Assembly: GCA_050115495.1 (NCBI GenBank)
Contig: JASFQK010000019.1
Coordinates: 57,924-121,923, forward strand
Reading direction: 5' to 3'
DNA from: Phycisphaerae bacterium
GTDB taxonomy: Bacteria > Planctomycetota > Phycisphaerae > UBA1845 > Fen-1342
Length of the DNA: 64,000 nucleotides
The notes under the pieces are model-generated. The model did not search any database. It was given only the letters and a program-made list of their open reading frames with translations, and was not told the origin of the DNA. Of this stretch, positions 21,287 to 30,762 are shown piece by piece. The position numbers and the translations under genes are program-made. Numbering within the stretch: position 1 is the first letter of the stretch; each line of letters opens with the position of its first letter.

Positions 21287-22597
21287 ATGAAGCCTGCAAC
21301 CACAACAAAGCGAAGTGCGGCGTTCGTTGCCATCGTGCATGGCATCCTCGGTCTCGGGCTGGCCCTGAGTGGTCTCGCCGCTCCAGCCAGTGCCAACGTT
21401 CGCGACCTATGGAACTCCGCCAATCATGGGGCGGCCATTGTTCTGTCGGCCGGTGAACGCGTGCTGGTCGATCTATTCCTGACCAACGATGCTGACGGTC
21501 CGGAACAGGTGCCCGGCCCGACCGCAGACCAGGTGAGCTCCCCGCTCAGCACGACGGGCGCGTGCTGCGTTGATGGTGTCTGTTACGACAACCTAACAGA
21601 GGCCCAGTGCATCGCGCTTTGTGGGTCGTGGCGAGGTGCTGGGACATTCTGCAGGAATCTGCCCTTGGGTTGTCCCCAGCACATCAGCGGCGAGTGCTGC
21701 ATTCTGGGTGTGTGCTACGACACGTATGACGGGCCGGATTCCTGCAGGTGTGCCGGCGGGCACTGGGTGCCACTGCCGATCGGAGGAGAGTGCGACGAGA
21801 CCAACTGCCCGCCGGTGGGGGCCTGCTGCGTCGATGGCGTCTGCTACGACGACCTGACCGAGGCGGAATGCCTGGATCTCTGCGGTTCGTGGCAAGGCGC
21901 CTGGACACGCTGCGTGGACCTGCCCTTGGGTTGCCCACTTCACCTTAGCGGTGAGTGCTGCATCCTCGGCGTGTGCTATGACACGTATGATGGCCCAGAC
22001 TCGTGCAGGTGTGCCGGCGGTCACTGGGTACCACTGCCGATCGGCGGAGAATGCGACGAGACCAACTGCCCGCCGGTGGGGGCCTGCTGCGTTGATGGCG
22101 TCTGCTACGACGACCTGACGGAGGCGGAATGCCTGGATCTCTGCGGGTCATGGCAAGGCGCCTGGACACGCTGCGTGGACCTGCCCTTGGGCTGCCCAGC
22201 TTTCATCAGCGGCGAGTGCTGCATCCTCGGTGTGTGCTACGACACGTTCGCGGGTCCGGACTCGTGCGCGTGTGCCGGTGGCTACTGGGTGCAACTGGGC
22301 ATTGGTCAGGAATGTGATGAGACCAATTGCCCGCCGGTGGGCGCCTGCTGTATCGATGGCCTGTGCTACGACGATCTGACGGAGGCGGAATGCGTCGAGC
22401 TGTGCGGGTCGTGGCAAGGGGCCTGGACACATTGTGATGATCCGTTCCTGGATTGCCCGGATTACCTCTACGGCAGGTGCTGCATCGAGGGTATCTGCTA
22501 CGACACGTACGCTGGCCCGAATTCGTGTGGGTGTGACGGCGGCACCTGGATCCCGCTGCTGCCGGGACAAACCTGCCTGGACGTGACGTGCCCGTAA
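21287..22597 (+). CDS. Exported cysteine-rich tandem-repeat protein (GACC/GECC modules)
   Basis: GAGGT RBS and signal peptide, then four ~87-aa units each with two G(A/E/R)CC modules and about 14 Cys. Confidence 0.85.
   Translation: MKPATTTKRSAAFVAIVHGILGLGLALSGLAAPASANVRDLWNSANHGAAIVLSAGERVLVDLFLTNDADGPEQVPGPTADQVSSPLSTTGACCVDGVCYDNLTEAQCIALCGSWRGAGTFCRNLPLGCPQHISGECCILGVCYDTYDGPDSCRCAGGHWVPLPIGGECDETNCPPVGACCVDGVCYDDLTEAECLDLCGSWQGAWTRCVDLPLGCPLHLSGECCILGVCYDTYDGPDSCRCAGGHWVPLPIGGECDETNCPPVGACCVDGVCYDDLTEAECLDLCGSWQGAWTRCVDLPLGCPAFISGECCILGVCYDTFAGPDSCACAGGYWVQLGIGQECDETNCPPVGACCIDGLCYDDLTEAECVELCGSWQGAWTHCDDPFLDCPDYLYGRCCIEGICYDTYAGPNSCGCDGGTWIPLLPGQTCLDVTCP
21557..22594 (+). repeat. 261-bp in-frame tandem repeat, 4 copies (starts 21557, 21818, 22079, 22340)
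   Basis: GGN GCN TGC TGY recurs at an exact 261-bp period; copies 2 and 3 are nearly identical. Confidence 0.95.
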
Positions 22598-22694
22598 AGG
22601 CAGGAGTATCGCTCCGTCTGCTGACCGCAGCGGTCCGGACAACGTCGTTTGGTAACTGATCGCTCTGGACCACTGTGTTGATGGCCGCCGTGGC

Positions 22695-22880
22695 GAGGGT
22701 ATCCCGCCGGTGGCGCGCATCGTCGCGAACGCCTGCGACGCTGCCGCTCACGCCCTCGCCGCGGCGGTCCGCTTTGTCACCGTGGATGGTCGTCGTAGCT
22801 GACGATGATCTCGTGCGTCATGCCCCGACACGCGAACTGCGCAGCATGGGTGGGCAAACCGCGCGGGTGACGGCCGAGAC
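22695..22880 (+). pseudogene. Decayed, internally deleted copy of the REC-HD-GYP-REC gene
   Basis: 22695-22754 aligns to 19452-19517; 22757-22857 aligns to 19906-20006. Confidence 0.8.
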
Positions 22881-22949
22881 GTTCGCCCGCCGCCGCTCTT
22901 AACAGGGCGGCCCCCCTGGCCGAGGTGCGGAAGATTGGCAAATCAACGC

Positions 22950-22978
22950 TTGACAATCGAGACGACCGGTCTAATAAT
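22950..22978 (+). promoter_or_regulatory. Sigma70 promoter with TetR/NemR-type operator in the spacer
   Basis: TTGACA-N17-AATAAT enclosing GAGACGACCGGTCTA (22959-22973); similar to the NemR box TAGACC-N4-GGTCTA. Confidence 0.75.
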
Positions 22979-22986
22979 TGGGCGCA

Positions 22987-23577
22987 GTGATTGAGACCAG
23001 TCGAGACACAAAGGAACGCATCCTCGAAGCCGGGTTGGCGACCATCGCGGCCAAGAGCTTCCACGGCTGCGGCCTGACCGAGATCCTCAAACAGGCCGGC
23101 GTACCGAAAGGGTCGTTCTATCACCACTTCCAGTCGAAGGAAGACCTCGGCGTAGCCGTAATCGAACGGGCAGCGGAGGCGCACGTCACGTTCATGCGCG
23201 AACACCTGGGCAACCGGGAGCTCTCCCCCCTGACCCGCGTCAAGCGGTTGTTCCGCGCCATGCGAGATCGTTACGCGGGCAGCGGGACAACGCCGGAATG
23301 TATCGTCGCCAAGCTCGCCCTCGAGGTCGCCCAACTGAGCGAACCGATGCGCTCGACGATCAAATACGCGTACGATCACTGGTCATCTGTGCTGGCGCGA
23401 ACGCTGCGTGAGGCCCGCGCTGCGGGTGAACTGGGGGATGATCAGGACCCGGATGAGATGGCGGACTTCATGATCGCTGCCTGGGAAGGAGTCGCCGTGC
23501 GAATGCGGATCGATCGCACGATCAGGCCGTTGGACCAATACCTGGACCGCATGAACCGGATGCTGCCGGGAACCTAG
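22987..23577 (+). CDS. TetR family transcriptional regulator (NemR-like)
   Basis: 'TKERILEAG...GLTEILKQAGVPKGSFYHHFQSKEDLG'; Cys in the N- and C-terminal domains. Confidence 0.9.
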   Translation: MIETSRDTKERILEAGLATIAAKSFHGCGLTEILKQAGVPKGSFYHHFQSKEDLGVAVIERAAEAHVTFMREHLGNRELSPLTRVKRLFRAMRDRYAGSGTTPECIVAKLALEVAQLSEPMRSTIKYAYDHWSSVLARTLREARAAGELGDDQDPDEMADFMIAAWEGVAVRMRIDRTIRPLDQYLDRMNRMLPGT

Positions 23578-23592
23578 GTGAGCTTCTCTTTT

Positions 23593-23619
23593 TTGACATC
23601 GGTAGAGACGACCGGTCTA
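23593..23619 (+). promoter_or_regulatory. Second identical operator upstream of the efflux genes
   Basis: TTGACA at 23593 and an exact copy of GAGACGACCGGTCTA at 23605-23619. Confidence 0.75.
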
Positions 23620-23637
23620 CTTAACAGGAGCGGTGCG

Positions 23638-24762
23638 ATGAGAACGAAGATCGCCATTCTTGCCACGCTCGCCGCGGTTGGTGTCGCCGCTACGGCGGTC
23701 TGGTTGGGGGCGGCACACAAGGAGGCCAGCGCCGACGAGCTGGCGGCCCCCGCGCAGCCGACGTCGCGCCCGGTGCCGACGGCCGTCGTCCGGCGGTTGT
23801 CGGGTGACCGGGTCTACACGTTCCCCGGAACCGTACGGGCGACGCGGCGTGTGCAGTTGGCGTTCTCGGTTGCCGGCTTGCTGGTCGAGCTGCACGCGCA
23901 AGAGGGGTTGAAGCTGCGCCAAGGTGAGGTGCTGGCCAGGCTGGACCCGCGTGACTACCAGCACGCGCGGGACGCGGCCGCGGCGAGGTACGCCGACAGC
24001 AAGCAGGACTTCCGCCGACTGAAGGCGCTGCGCGATCAAAAGGCTGCCGCCGAGGCGGAGTATGACGAGGCCGAGGCGGCCCACGCGGTCGCCGAGGCTG
24101 AACTCCGCGTCTGCGAGAAGGCGCTGGACGACACCGTGCTATTGGCTCCGTTCGACGGCATCGTCGCCAGGCGGTACGTCGAAAACTACGAGCACGTCGC
24201 CGCCAAGCAACCCGTCCTTTCCTTTCAGGATATCTCCGTGCTGGAGGTAGTCGTAGCCGTACCGGAGCGGCTGATCGCTCGCGGCGGCGTGGCAGCGCTC
24301 GGTGAGCTCCACGTTCGCTTCGACGCGGATGAAGAGCGGTGGCTGGACGCCGACATTCGCGAGTTCAGCGTGCAATCCGACCCCGTCACGCGGACATTCG
24401 ACGTGGTGGTCGGGCTGACTCCGCCGGCGAACATGGAAGTCCTGCCTGGCATGACCGCCACAGTACGGGCGCGGACCCCGGGTGACGTGGGCGAGTGCGA
24501 CGCCGGAGCGCAGCGTGCACTGGTGCCCGTCGAGGCAATCGTCCGCGGTCCTGACGGGGCGTCCTATGTCTGGGTGATCGAGCCGGCGGGCGGAACGCCA
24601 TACAGGCAGTCGGTCGAGCTCGGCATCCTGCACGAGGACGGCGTCGAGATTGTCGGCGGTTTGCGGCCGGGGCAGCACGTCGCGGTCGCCGGACTGCACA
24701 CGTTGCGGGAAGACATGCATGCCCGCCCGATGGCCGAAGGTGGCGAGGGGCTGGACGGATGA
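23638..24762 (+). CDS. RND efflux periplasmic adaptor (MFP)
   Basis: N-terminal anchor, 'LAFSVAG', lipoyl halves, 'LLAPFDG', 'LPGMTATV'. AGGAG RBS. Confidence 0.93.
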   Translation: MRTKIAILATLAAVGVAATAVWLGAAHKEASADELAAPAQPTSRPVPTAVVRRLSGDRVYTFPGTVRATRRVQLAFSVAGLLVELHAQEGLKLRQGEVLARLDPRDYQHARDAAAARYADSKQDFRRLKALRDQKAAAEAEYDEAEAAHAVAEAELRVCEKALDDTVLLAPFDGIVARRYVENYEHVAAKQPVLSFQDISVLEVVVAVPERLIARGGVAALGELHVRFDADEERWLDADIREFSVQSDPVTRTFDVVVGLTPPANMEVLPGMTATVRARTPGDVGECDAGAQRALVPVEAIVRGPDGASYVWVIEPAGGTPYRQSVELGILHEDGVEIVGGLRPGQHVAVAGLHTLREDMHARPMAEGGEGLDG

Positions 24763-27700
24763 ACCTGGCTGGCTACGCCATTCGTCACAAGGCCGTGACC
24801 CTGGTCTTCACGCTGGCGCTCGCCCTCGGCGGCGTGCTGGCGTATGGCTGGCTGGGGCGTCTGGAGGATCCGGAGTTCACCATTAAGGAAGCGGTGATCT
24901 TCACGAACTACCCCGGAGCGACCGCCGAGGAAGTCGAACTCGAAGTGACCGAACCACTGGAGACCGCCATTCAACAGCTCAAGCAGTTGAAGGAGGTGCG
25001 GTCTATCTCGCGTGCCGGCGTTTCGATCGTCTTCGCCGAGATGCAGGAAGTCTACGACAAGCACACACTGCCGCAGATCTGGGACGAACTGCGGCGCAAA
25101 GTCGCCGCAGCGGCGAGCGAGTTGCCGCCCGGTTGCCAGCCGCCGCAGGTCAACGACGACTTCGGCGACGTGTATGGCGTCTTCTACGCACTGACGGGCG
25201 ACGGCTACTCCCAGCACGACCTGAAGGAAGTCGCCGAGGATCTCCGCCGCGAGCTGCTGCTGTGCGAGGACGTGGGACGCATCGACTTCTGGGGGTTGCA
25301 GCCGGAACGAATCTATATCGAGATCGATCGCGCCAAGCTGGCCCGCCTCGGCCTGCAGCCCACAGCCATCTTCAACACACTCAGCCAACAGAACACGGTC
25401 ACGGAAGCCGGCGCCGTCCGGGTGGGCACGGAGTACGTTCGCGTACGTGTGACGGGGGATTACGCCTGCGTCGAGGATCTGGGCGAGCAGTTGATCGAGG
25501 GTAGCGCGGAACGTCGCCTGATCCGCCTCAAGGACGTCGCATGTATCGAACGCGGATATCTCGATCCGCCGGTGGAGATGCTGGGCTGGAACGGACGCCC
25601 GGCCGTCGGCCTCGGCATCTCCACGATCGCCGGCGGCAACGTCATCGCCATGGGGCACTCCTTGAAGGAGCGGCTGGCGCAATTGGAAGCGCGCATTCCC
25701 GTCGGCATCGAGGTTGAGGCGATAACGGACCAGGCCGCGACCGTGCAAACCGCGGTGCGCGGCTTCGTCATGAACCTGGGCGCAGCCGTGGCCATCGTGA
25801 TCCTACTGCTGGTGATTTTCATGGGATTGCGGGAAGGCTTCATCATCGCGGCGGTGCTCGTGCTCACCATCGCGGGCACGTTCATGTGCATGCAGATTCT
25901 TGGCATCACGTTGCAGCGCATCTCGCTCGGCGCCCTGATCATTTCCCTCGGGATGCTCGTGGACAATGCGATCGTCGTGGCCGAGGGCATCGTCGTCCAC
26001 ACGCACCGGGGCCTGTCTCGCGCGGAGGCCGCCGAGCGAACGGTGCGCGAGACGCAGTGGCCACTGCTGGGTGCGACCGGTATTGCGATACTCGCGTTCG
26101 CGGCCATCACCCTGTCCAAGGACATGACCGGAGAATGGCTGAAGAGCCTGTTTCAGGTGATCTGTCTGTCGCTCGGCCTAAGCTGGGTGCTGGCCATCAC
26201 GGTGGCGCCTTATCTGTGCGTGGCCCTCCTGCCGGAGAAACATGGTGGTCAGAAGCCGTCGCACACCAATCGGTTCTTCCGCCTGTACCGCAACCTGGTC
26301 GGAGCGTGCATCGATCATCGCCGCATCTTTCTGGCCGCGATCGCCGTCGTGCTCGGCGTGGCCCTGTGGGGCTTCAGCTTCGTGAAGCAGGACTTCATGC
26401 CGGACATGAACCGCCCGCAGTTCACCGTCGACGTGTGGCTGCCGGAAGGCACACACATCGAGGACACGTCGCGGGAGATGGCCGCCATCGAGCAACACAT
26501 CCGCGAACTGGACGGTGTCACCACCGTGGCGAGCTTCGTCGGCAGCGGGCCACTGCGGTTCCTGCTGATCTACGAACCCGAGATGCCCAACCCCGCCTAC
26601 GGCCAACTCCTGGTGAATGTAGATGATTTCCGGCGGCTCAGGACCCTGATCCCGACACTCCGCAACTACCTGGAAACGCACCACACCAACGCCGTCACCA
26701 GCGTCGATGCGTTCAAGCTCGGTCCCGGCGGCGGAGCGGTCGAGGTGCGATTGAGCGGGCCCGATCCCGGCGTCCTGCGTGAGATGGCTGAGCGCGTAAA
26801 GGCTGTCATGTGGAGGCACGACAACACGCGCAGCATCCGCACAGACTGGGGTGAACCGGTGAAGACCGACTGCGTGCGCATGGCCAACGCCCGGGCACGC
26901 GAGGTGGGCGTCACCCGGCCTGAGATCGCCCAATCGCTGGCCATGAACCTCTCCGGTGCGATTGCCGGGCTGTACCGTCACGGTGACGATCTGCTGCCGG
27001 TGGTGCTGCGCCCGCCTGCGGCGCAGCGACTGGGCATCGACAACCGCGACAACGTTCAGGTGTGGAGTGCGGCGTGCGCCCGTTGGATTCCCCTGCAACA
27101 GGTCACCGATGGGGTCACCACGCAGTGGGAAGACCCGGCGATCCACCGGCTGAATCGCATCCGCACGCTGTCGGTCTCATGCAAGCAGAAGACCGGCACG
27201 ACGGATGCGCTCTACCGGCAGTTGTGCGAACCCATCGACCGCGTCGCGGTACCGGAGGGATACGCCCTCGAATGGGGCGGGGAGCACGAGGAGCAGGTCG
27301 AGGCCAATCAGAAGCTCATGTCGAACGTGCCCATCGCATTCACCGCGATGTTCCTCATCACGGTGCTGCTCTTCAACACGTTACGCCACCCGTTGATTAT
27401 CTTCCTCGGACTACCCCTCGCTGTCGTCGGCGTGTCCTGCGGCATGCTTCTGGCGGACAAGCCCTTCGGCTTCATGGCCATGCTCGGATTCCTCAGCCTG
27501 TTCGGCATGCTGATGAAGAACGAAATCGTCCTGCTCGATCAGATCAACATCGAGCTGGCGGCAGGAAAAAGGCCCTTCGAAGCGGTCGTCGATTCGGCGG
27601 TCAGTCGCGTGCGTCCGGTCACCATGGCCGCCTTCACCACCGTGCTCGGCATGACGCCCCTGCTCTGGGACGCCTTCTTCTCGCCGATGGCGGTGACCAT

Positions 27701-27806
27701 CATGGGCGGCCTCACCTTCGCCACCGTGCTCACGCTGGTCGTCGTCCCAGTGCTCTACAGCACGCTCTTCGGCGTGCGTCGGGAGGATCGCTGCAACTCG
27801 AACTGA
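24759..27806 (+). CDS. RND efflux permease (AcrB/AcrD/AcrF family)
   Basis: 1015 aa; 'YPGATAEEVELEVTEPLE', 'GMLVDNAIVVAE', 'RVRPVTMAAFTTVLGMTPL'. Confidence 0.95.
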   Translation: MNLAGYAIRHKAVTLVFTLALALGGVLAYGWLGRLEDPEFTIKEAVIFTNYPGATAEEVELEVTEPLETAIQQLKQLKEVRSISRAGVSIVFAEMQEVYDKHTLPQIWDELRRKVAAAASELPPGCQPPQVNDDFGDVYGVFYALTGDGYSQHDLKEVAEDLRRELLLCEDVGRIDFWGLQPERIYIEIDRAKLARLGLQPTAIFNTLSQQNTVTEAGAVRVGTEYVRVRVTGDYACVEDLGEQLIEGSAERRLIRLKDVACIERGYLDPPVEMLGWNGRPAVGLGISTIAGGNVIAMGHSLKERLAQLEARIPVGIEVEAITDQAATVQTAVRGFVMNLGAAVAIVILLLVIFMGLREGFIIAAVLVLTIAGTFMCMQILGITLQRISLGALIISLGMLVDNAIVVAEGIVVHTHRGLSRAEAAERTVRETQWPLLGATGIAILAFAAITLSKDMTGEWLKSLFQVICLSLGLSWVLAITVAPYLCVALLPEKHGGQKPSHTNRFFRLYRNLVGACIDHRRIFLAAIAVVLGVALWGFSFVKQDFMPDMNRPQFTVDVWLPEGTHIEDTSREMAAIEQHIRELDGVTTVASFVGSGPLRFLLIYEPEMPNPAYGQLLVNVDDFRRLRTLIPTLRNYLETHHTNAVTSVDAFKLGPGGGAVEVRLSGPDPGVLREMAERVKAVMWRHDNTRSIRTDWGEPVKTDCVRMANARAREVGVTRPEIAQSLAMNLSGAIAGLYRHGDDLLPVVLRPPAAQRLGIDNRDNVQVWSAACARWIPLQQVTDGVTTQWEDPAIHRLNRIRTLSVSCKQKTGTTDALYRQLCEPIDRVAVPEGYALEWGGEHEEQVEANQKLMSNVPIAFTAMFLITVLLFNTLRHPLIIFLGLPLAVVGVSCGMLLADKPFGFMAMLGFLSLFGMLMKNEIVLLDQINIELAAGKRPFEAVVDSAVSRVRPVTMAAFTTVLGMTPLLWDAFFSPMAVTIMGGLTFATVLTLVVVPVLYSTLFGVRREDRCNSN

Positions 27807-27841
27807 CGCTCTCGGGGACGACTGACCGACCTGAGTTCGTG

Positions 27842-28993
27842 TCAGACCTCTTCGAGCACAACAAGCTTGCCCCGCCGGCGGAGCTTCTCCGCGAGCAGCG
27901 GCATCACCGAGGTACGTTGCAGAATGCCCTGCTGGCGAAAACTGATGTCACCTGAGGCCGGGTTCGGCGCCTTCCCGAGGAAGATGTTCACGCGGTCCGC
28001 GTCACGCAGCAACTCGCACAACTGCGTCACGCCGGATTGTTCCTCATAACCGGCGGGGTCCTCATCGAGGATGTTGTACGCCTGGTTCAGCGTAACGGCA
28101 CCTTCGGTGACGAGATCGATGCCCTGCAACCGATACGCCGGCGGCGCGATCAGGCTCGTGGTCTGCTCGACCTGCACGACTGATCCGTTGTACCGGCCGA
28201 CGATCTTCGCCGTCGTCGCCCCGCACACGACCTTCACACCGTCGTTGCGCAGGAAACGGGCGATCACCGCGCGGTCATGCTCGCGGCTGGCCGGCGGACC
28301 GCTGAGGATGTTCACCGTGCGTCCCGGCCGGCAACTCGCGACGATCGCCGTGCAGTCATCGCCGGCCTGACGTCGCCATAGCCGGCGAGCCCGATCGTGC
28401 ACTTCGTCCGCCAGTGCCGGGACCGCGACGCCGTCCGAGAGCAGGTCGTTCACGTACTGGCACACGCCCGCCGCCTCCCAGCCCAGGGCGAGGCCGGCCC
28501 CGAGTCCCGCCTGTGTGATCCCGTCGGAGCAGATCAGCAACCCCTCGCCCGTCTCCAGGTGACACTGCGCCTCCCCCACCACGGCCCGTTCCAGGTTCAG
28601 CGTTCGCTGGTTCAGCACCTGCGCCCGCCGCCGGCCCACGAAGATCGGCGGCGGCGATTCGTATGAGAGCACGGTCGTGCGGCCGTCCGCGTGGATGCGG
28701 GCCACGTTGAACGCGACAAAGGGCAGGTCCGAACCCATGGCCGCCGTCATCGTCCGCGCCACCGCCGCGAACGCCTCGCGCAAGCTGAATTCGCATTCCA
28801 ATAGCTCGAACAGGCGCGCGACACACATGACGGCCGCGACGTTCGCCTTCACGCCGGAGCCGATGCCGTCCGCGCAGATGACGGTCGTCGCCAGCGGGCT
28901 GCGGTCGTGGCGGAAGAAGTCGCCGCAGGGATCGCCGGCGTGTTTCGAGCTCTGTGCGCTCGCTATTTCGACGTGTAGGTATCCTGGAGCCAA
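27842..28993 (-). CDS. SpoIIE/PP2C-like Ser/Thr phosphatase (hydrogenase-associated, HfsC-like)
   Basis: 'CGDFF', 'ICADGIGSG', 'ICSDGITQAG', 'GDDCTAIV'; C-terminal 'IDLVTEGAVTL' extension typical of this context. Confidence 0.88.
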   Translation of the reverse strand: MAPGYLHVEIASAQSSKHAGDPCGDFFRHDRSPLATTVICADGIGSGVKANVAAVMCVARLFELLECEFSLREAFAAVARTMTAAMGSDLPFVAFNVARIHADGRTTVLSYESPPPIFVGRRRAQVLNQRTLNLERAVVGEAQCHLETGEGLLICSDGITQAGLGAGLALGWEAAGVCQYVNDLLSDGVAVPALADEVHDRARRLWRRQAGDDCTAIVASCRPGRTVNILSGPPASREHDRAVIARFLRNDGVKVVCGATTAKIVGRYNGSVVQVEQTTSLIAPPAYRLQGIDLVTEGAVTLNQAYNILDEDPAGYEEQSGVTQLCELLRDADRVNIFLGKAPNPASGDISFRQQGILQRTSVMPLLAEKLRRRGKLVVLEEV

Positions 28994-30738
28994 TCCGGTC
29001 CCTTGTCGTTGTGCTGAGCCCCCGCGAGCCTGAGCAGTGAGCGAACGAGCGCCTCGCCGCGGGCCGTCGTTTCGCCCAGCAGCTTGGCGATCTGCTGGGA
29101 CATGTCGACCTGGTGCTCCATCAACTCCTTGGCCTGGGCCTGCGTCTGGGCCCGCAGGTCGGCGAGCTGCTTTGCGTTATCCGTGGTCGACGTGATGTTC
29201 GCGAAGATGCCGACGTACTGCCGGTCCTCGGGCAGCGCGTACAACATCTGATGGCAGACGAGGTTGTAGTTCGGATGCCGCGCCACCGTGTCGATCGTCT
29301 CGCCGCCGGCCGCCAAACGCTCGAACGGCTCGGGGTCCATCAGGTACGAGATCGGCTTGCCTAGAATCGCCTCGGAGCACACGAACATCCGCCGGAAGGA
29401 CGGGTTCATGCCGATGATGCGCAGCTCGTGATCGAGGGTCACGATGCCGTTCGGGCTGGTTTCGATGATGCGATCGGTTCGCCGTTCGGCGAGCAGACGC
29501 ATGTACGGAATGCACATGTCCGGCTCGGCCATGCCGCGCAGGACGGCGATGGCGTTGTCCCGGCAGCTCGCGTACCCGCAGGCACCGCAGTTGAGCTGAT
29601 CGGCGGGATCGGCGCGGCCGGTCCGCTGGAGCGTCGCCCGGATCTGCTCTTCCGTGAAAGTTGCGTCACCGTTCACGGGCCGGGCTGCGAACGTCGTCCC
29701 CATTTCGGCTAGGCGGGCCGGCGTTGGATCGTCAATCGGCTCGGCAGCGGATGCGGTGTGCTCGGCGGCGTACTTCAGCAGCGCCGCCCGCAGCGTGAAC
29801 GTGTTCGTGTGCTCTGCGGGCATCCCAGGACCGCGGATACAACCCTCGGCACAGAACAGCGGTTCGAACACCGCACCCGATCCGCCGGCCGGAACGTAGT
29901 CGAGCAAGGCGGCCAGCGCCTCATGGCCGTCGATCGCCTGGCACGTGCGGTTCAACACGTCTGTTTCGAGGCCGGCAGTGCGGGCCAGCCCGCCAGGAAC
30001 CGGGAAGTACCGCGCGGCCGGCGGCGGGGCCTCGTCGAATTCGCTCTCTTCGAGGCGGGCCATGTCGACCTTCTCGCGCCGCAGCCACTCCTGGAGTTCC
30101 GCGAAAGTCAGCGCGCAGTAAACGAGGCTGGCGTGTTCCGGGCGATCGGCCTCCGCCTTCTTCGCGACGCACGGGCCGATGAAGATCGTCTTCACATGCG
30201 GACCGAGCTTCGCCCGGATGTGCTGGGCATGGGCCAGCATCGGCGAAACCACGGGCACGAGGGCGTCCACGTGCTGCGGCTGGTATTGCTCGACGTAGTT
30301 CACGACCGCCGGACAGGCGGTACAGATGTGCACCTTGTCCGGGTCGCGCTGGACGCAGGCGGCGGTGGCCTTCGCGACCTCGAACGCTCCGATCGCCGTC
30401 TCCGCCACGTAGTTGAAGCCCAGCTTGCGCAGCGCGGACGGCAACCGCCGGCGTTCCCACTCGCCGAACACCGCGGCGAACGACGGGGCCACGGACGCGG
30501 CGACGACGTAGCCGTCGCGGATGACGGCCATGGCCCGCTCGAGGTCGTTGCGATAGGACTTGGCATGCTGCGGGCATTCGCGGATGCACGTGCCACACGC
30601 GATGCAGCGCTCGGCCACAACGCGCGCCTGCCCATCGTGCAACTCGATCGCCTTCACCGGGCAGACGCGCAGGCAGCGGTAACAGTCCCGGCAACGAGCC
30701 TTGTCCGTGAAAACGACCTGGGTGAGCTTGTCCGTCAT
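28963..30738 (-). CDS. hydS: Putative sensory [FeFe]-hydrogenase (group C, HydS/HfsB-like) with ferredoxin, FeS and PAS domains
   Basis: 2x[4Fe-4S] N-terminus; variant H-cluster motifs TACP, GPCVAKKAE, EPLFCAEGCIRG; 'NCGACGYASC' FeS motif; C-terminal PAS. Confidence 0.85.
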   Translation of the reverse strand: MTDKLTQVVFTDKARCRDCYRCLRVCPVKAIELHDGQARVVAERCIACGTCIRECPQHAKSYRNDLERAMAVIRDGYVVAASVAPSFAAVFGEWERRRLPSALRKLGFNYVAETAIGAFEVAKATAACVQRDPDKVHICTACPAVVNYVEQYQPQHVDALVPVVSPMLAHAQHIRAKLGPHVKTIFIGPCVAKKAEADRPEHASLVYCALTFAELQEWLRREKVDMARLEESEFDEAPPPAARYFPVPGGLARTAGLETDVLNRTCQAIDGHEALAALLDYVPAGGSGAVFEPLFCAEGCIRGPGMPAEHTNTFTLRAALLKYAAEHTASAAEPIDDPTPARLAEMGTTFAARPVNGDATFTEEQIRATLQRTGRADPADQLNCGACGYASCRDNAIAVLRGMAEPDMCIPYMRLLAERRTDRIIETSPNGIVTLDHELRIIGMNPSFRRMFVCSEAILGKPISYLMDPEPFERLAAGGETIDTVARHPNYNLVCHQMLYALPEDRQYVGIFANITSTTDNAKQLADLRAQTQAQAKELMEHQVDMSQQIAKLLGETTARGEALVRSLLRLAGAQHNDKGPDWLQDTYTSK

Positions 30739-30762
30739 CGGATCATCCCGGGCGATACCGCC

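Noticed and set aside
22851..22885. c-di-GMP-I riboswitch-like GGGCAAACC
   Set aside because: Lacks the GACGCAAAG and tetraloop elements; explained by the decayed gene duplicate.
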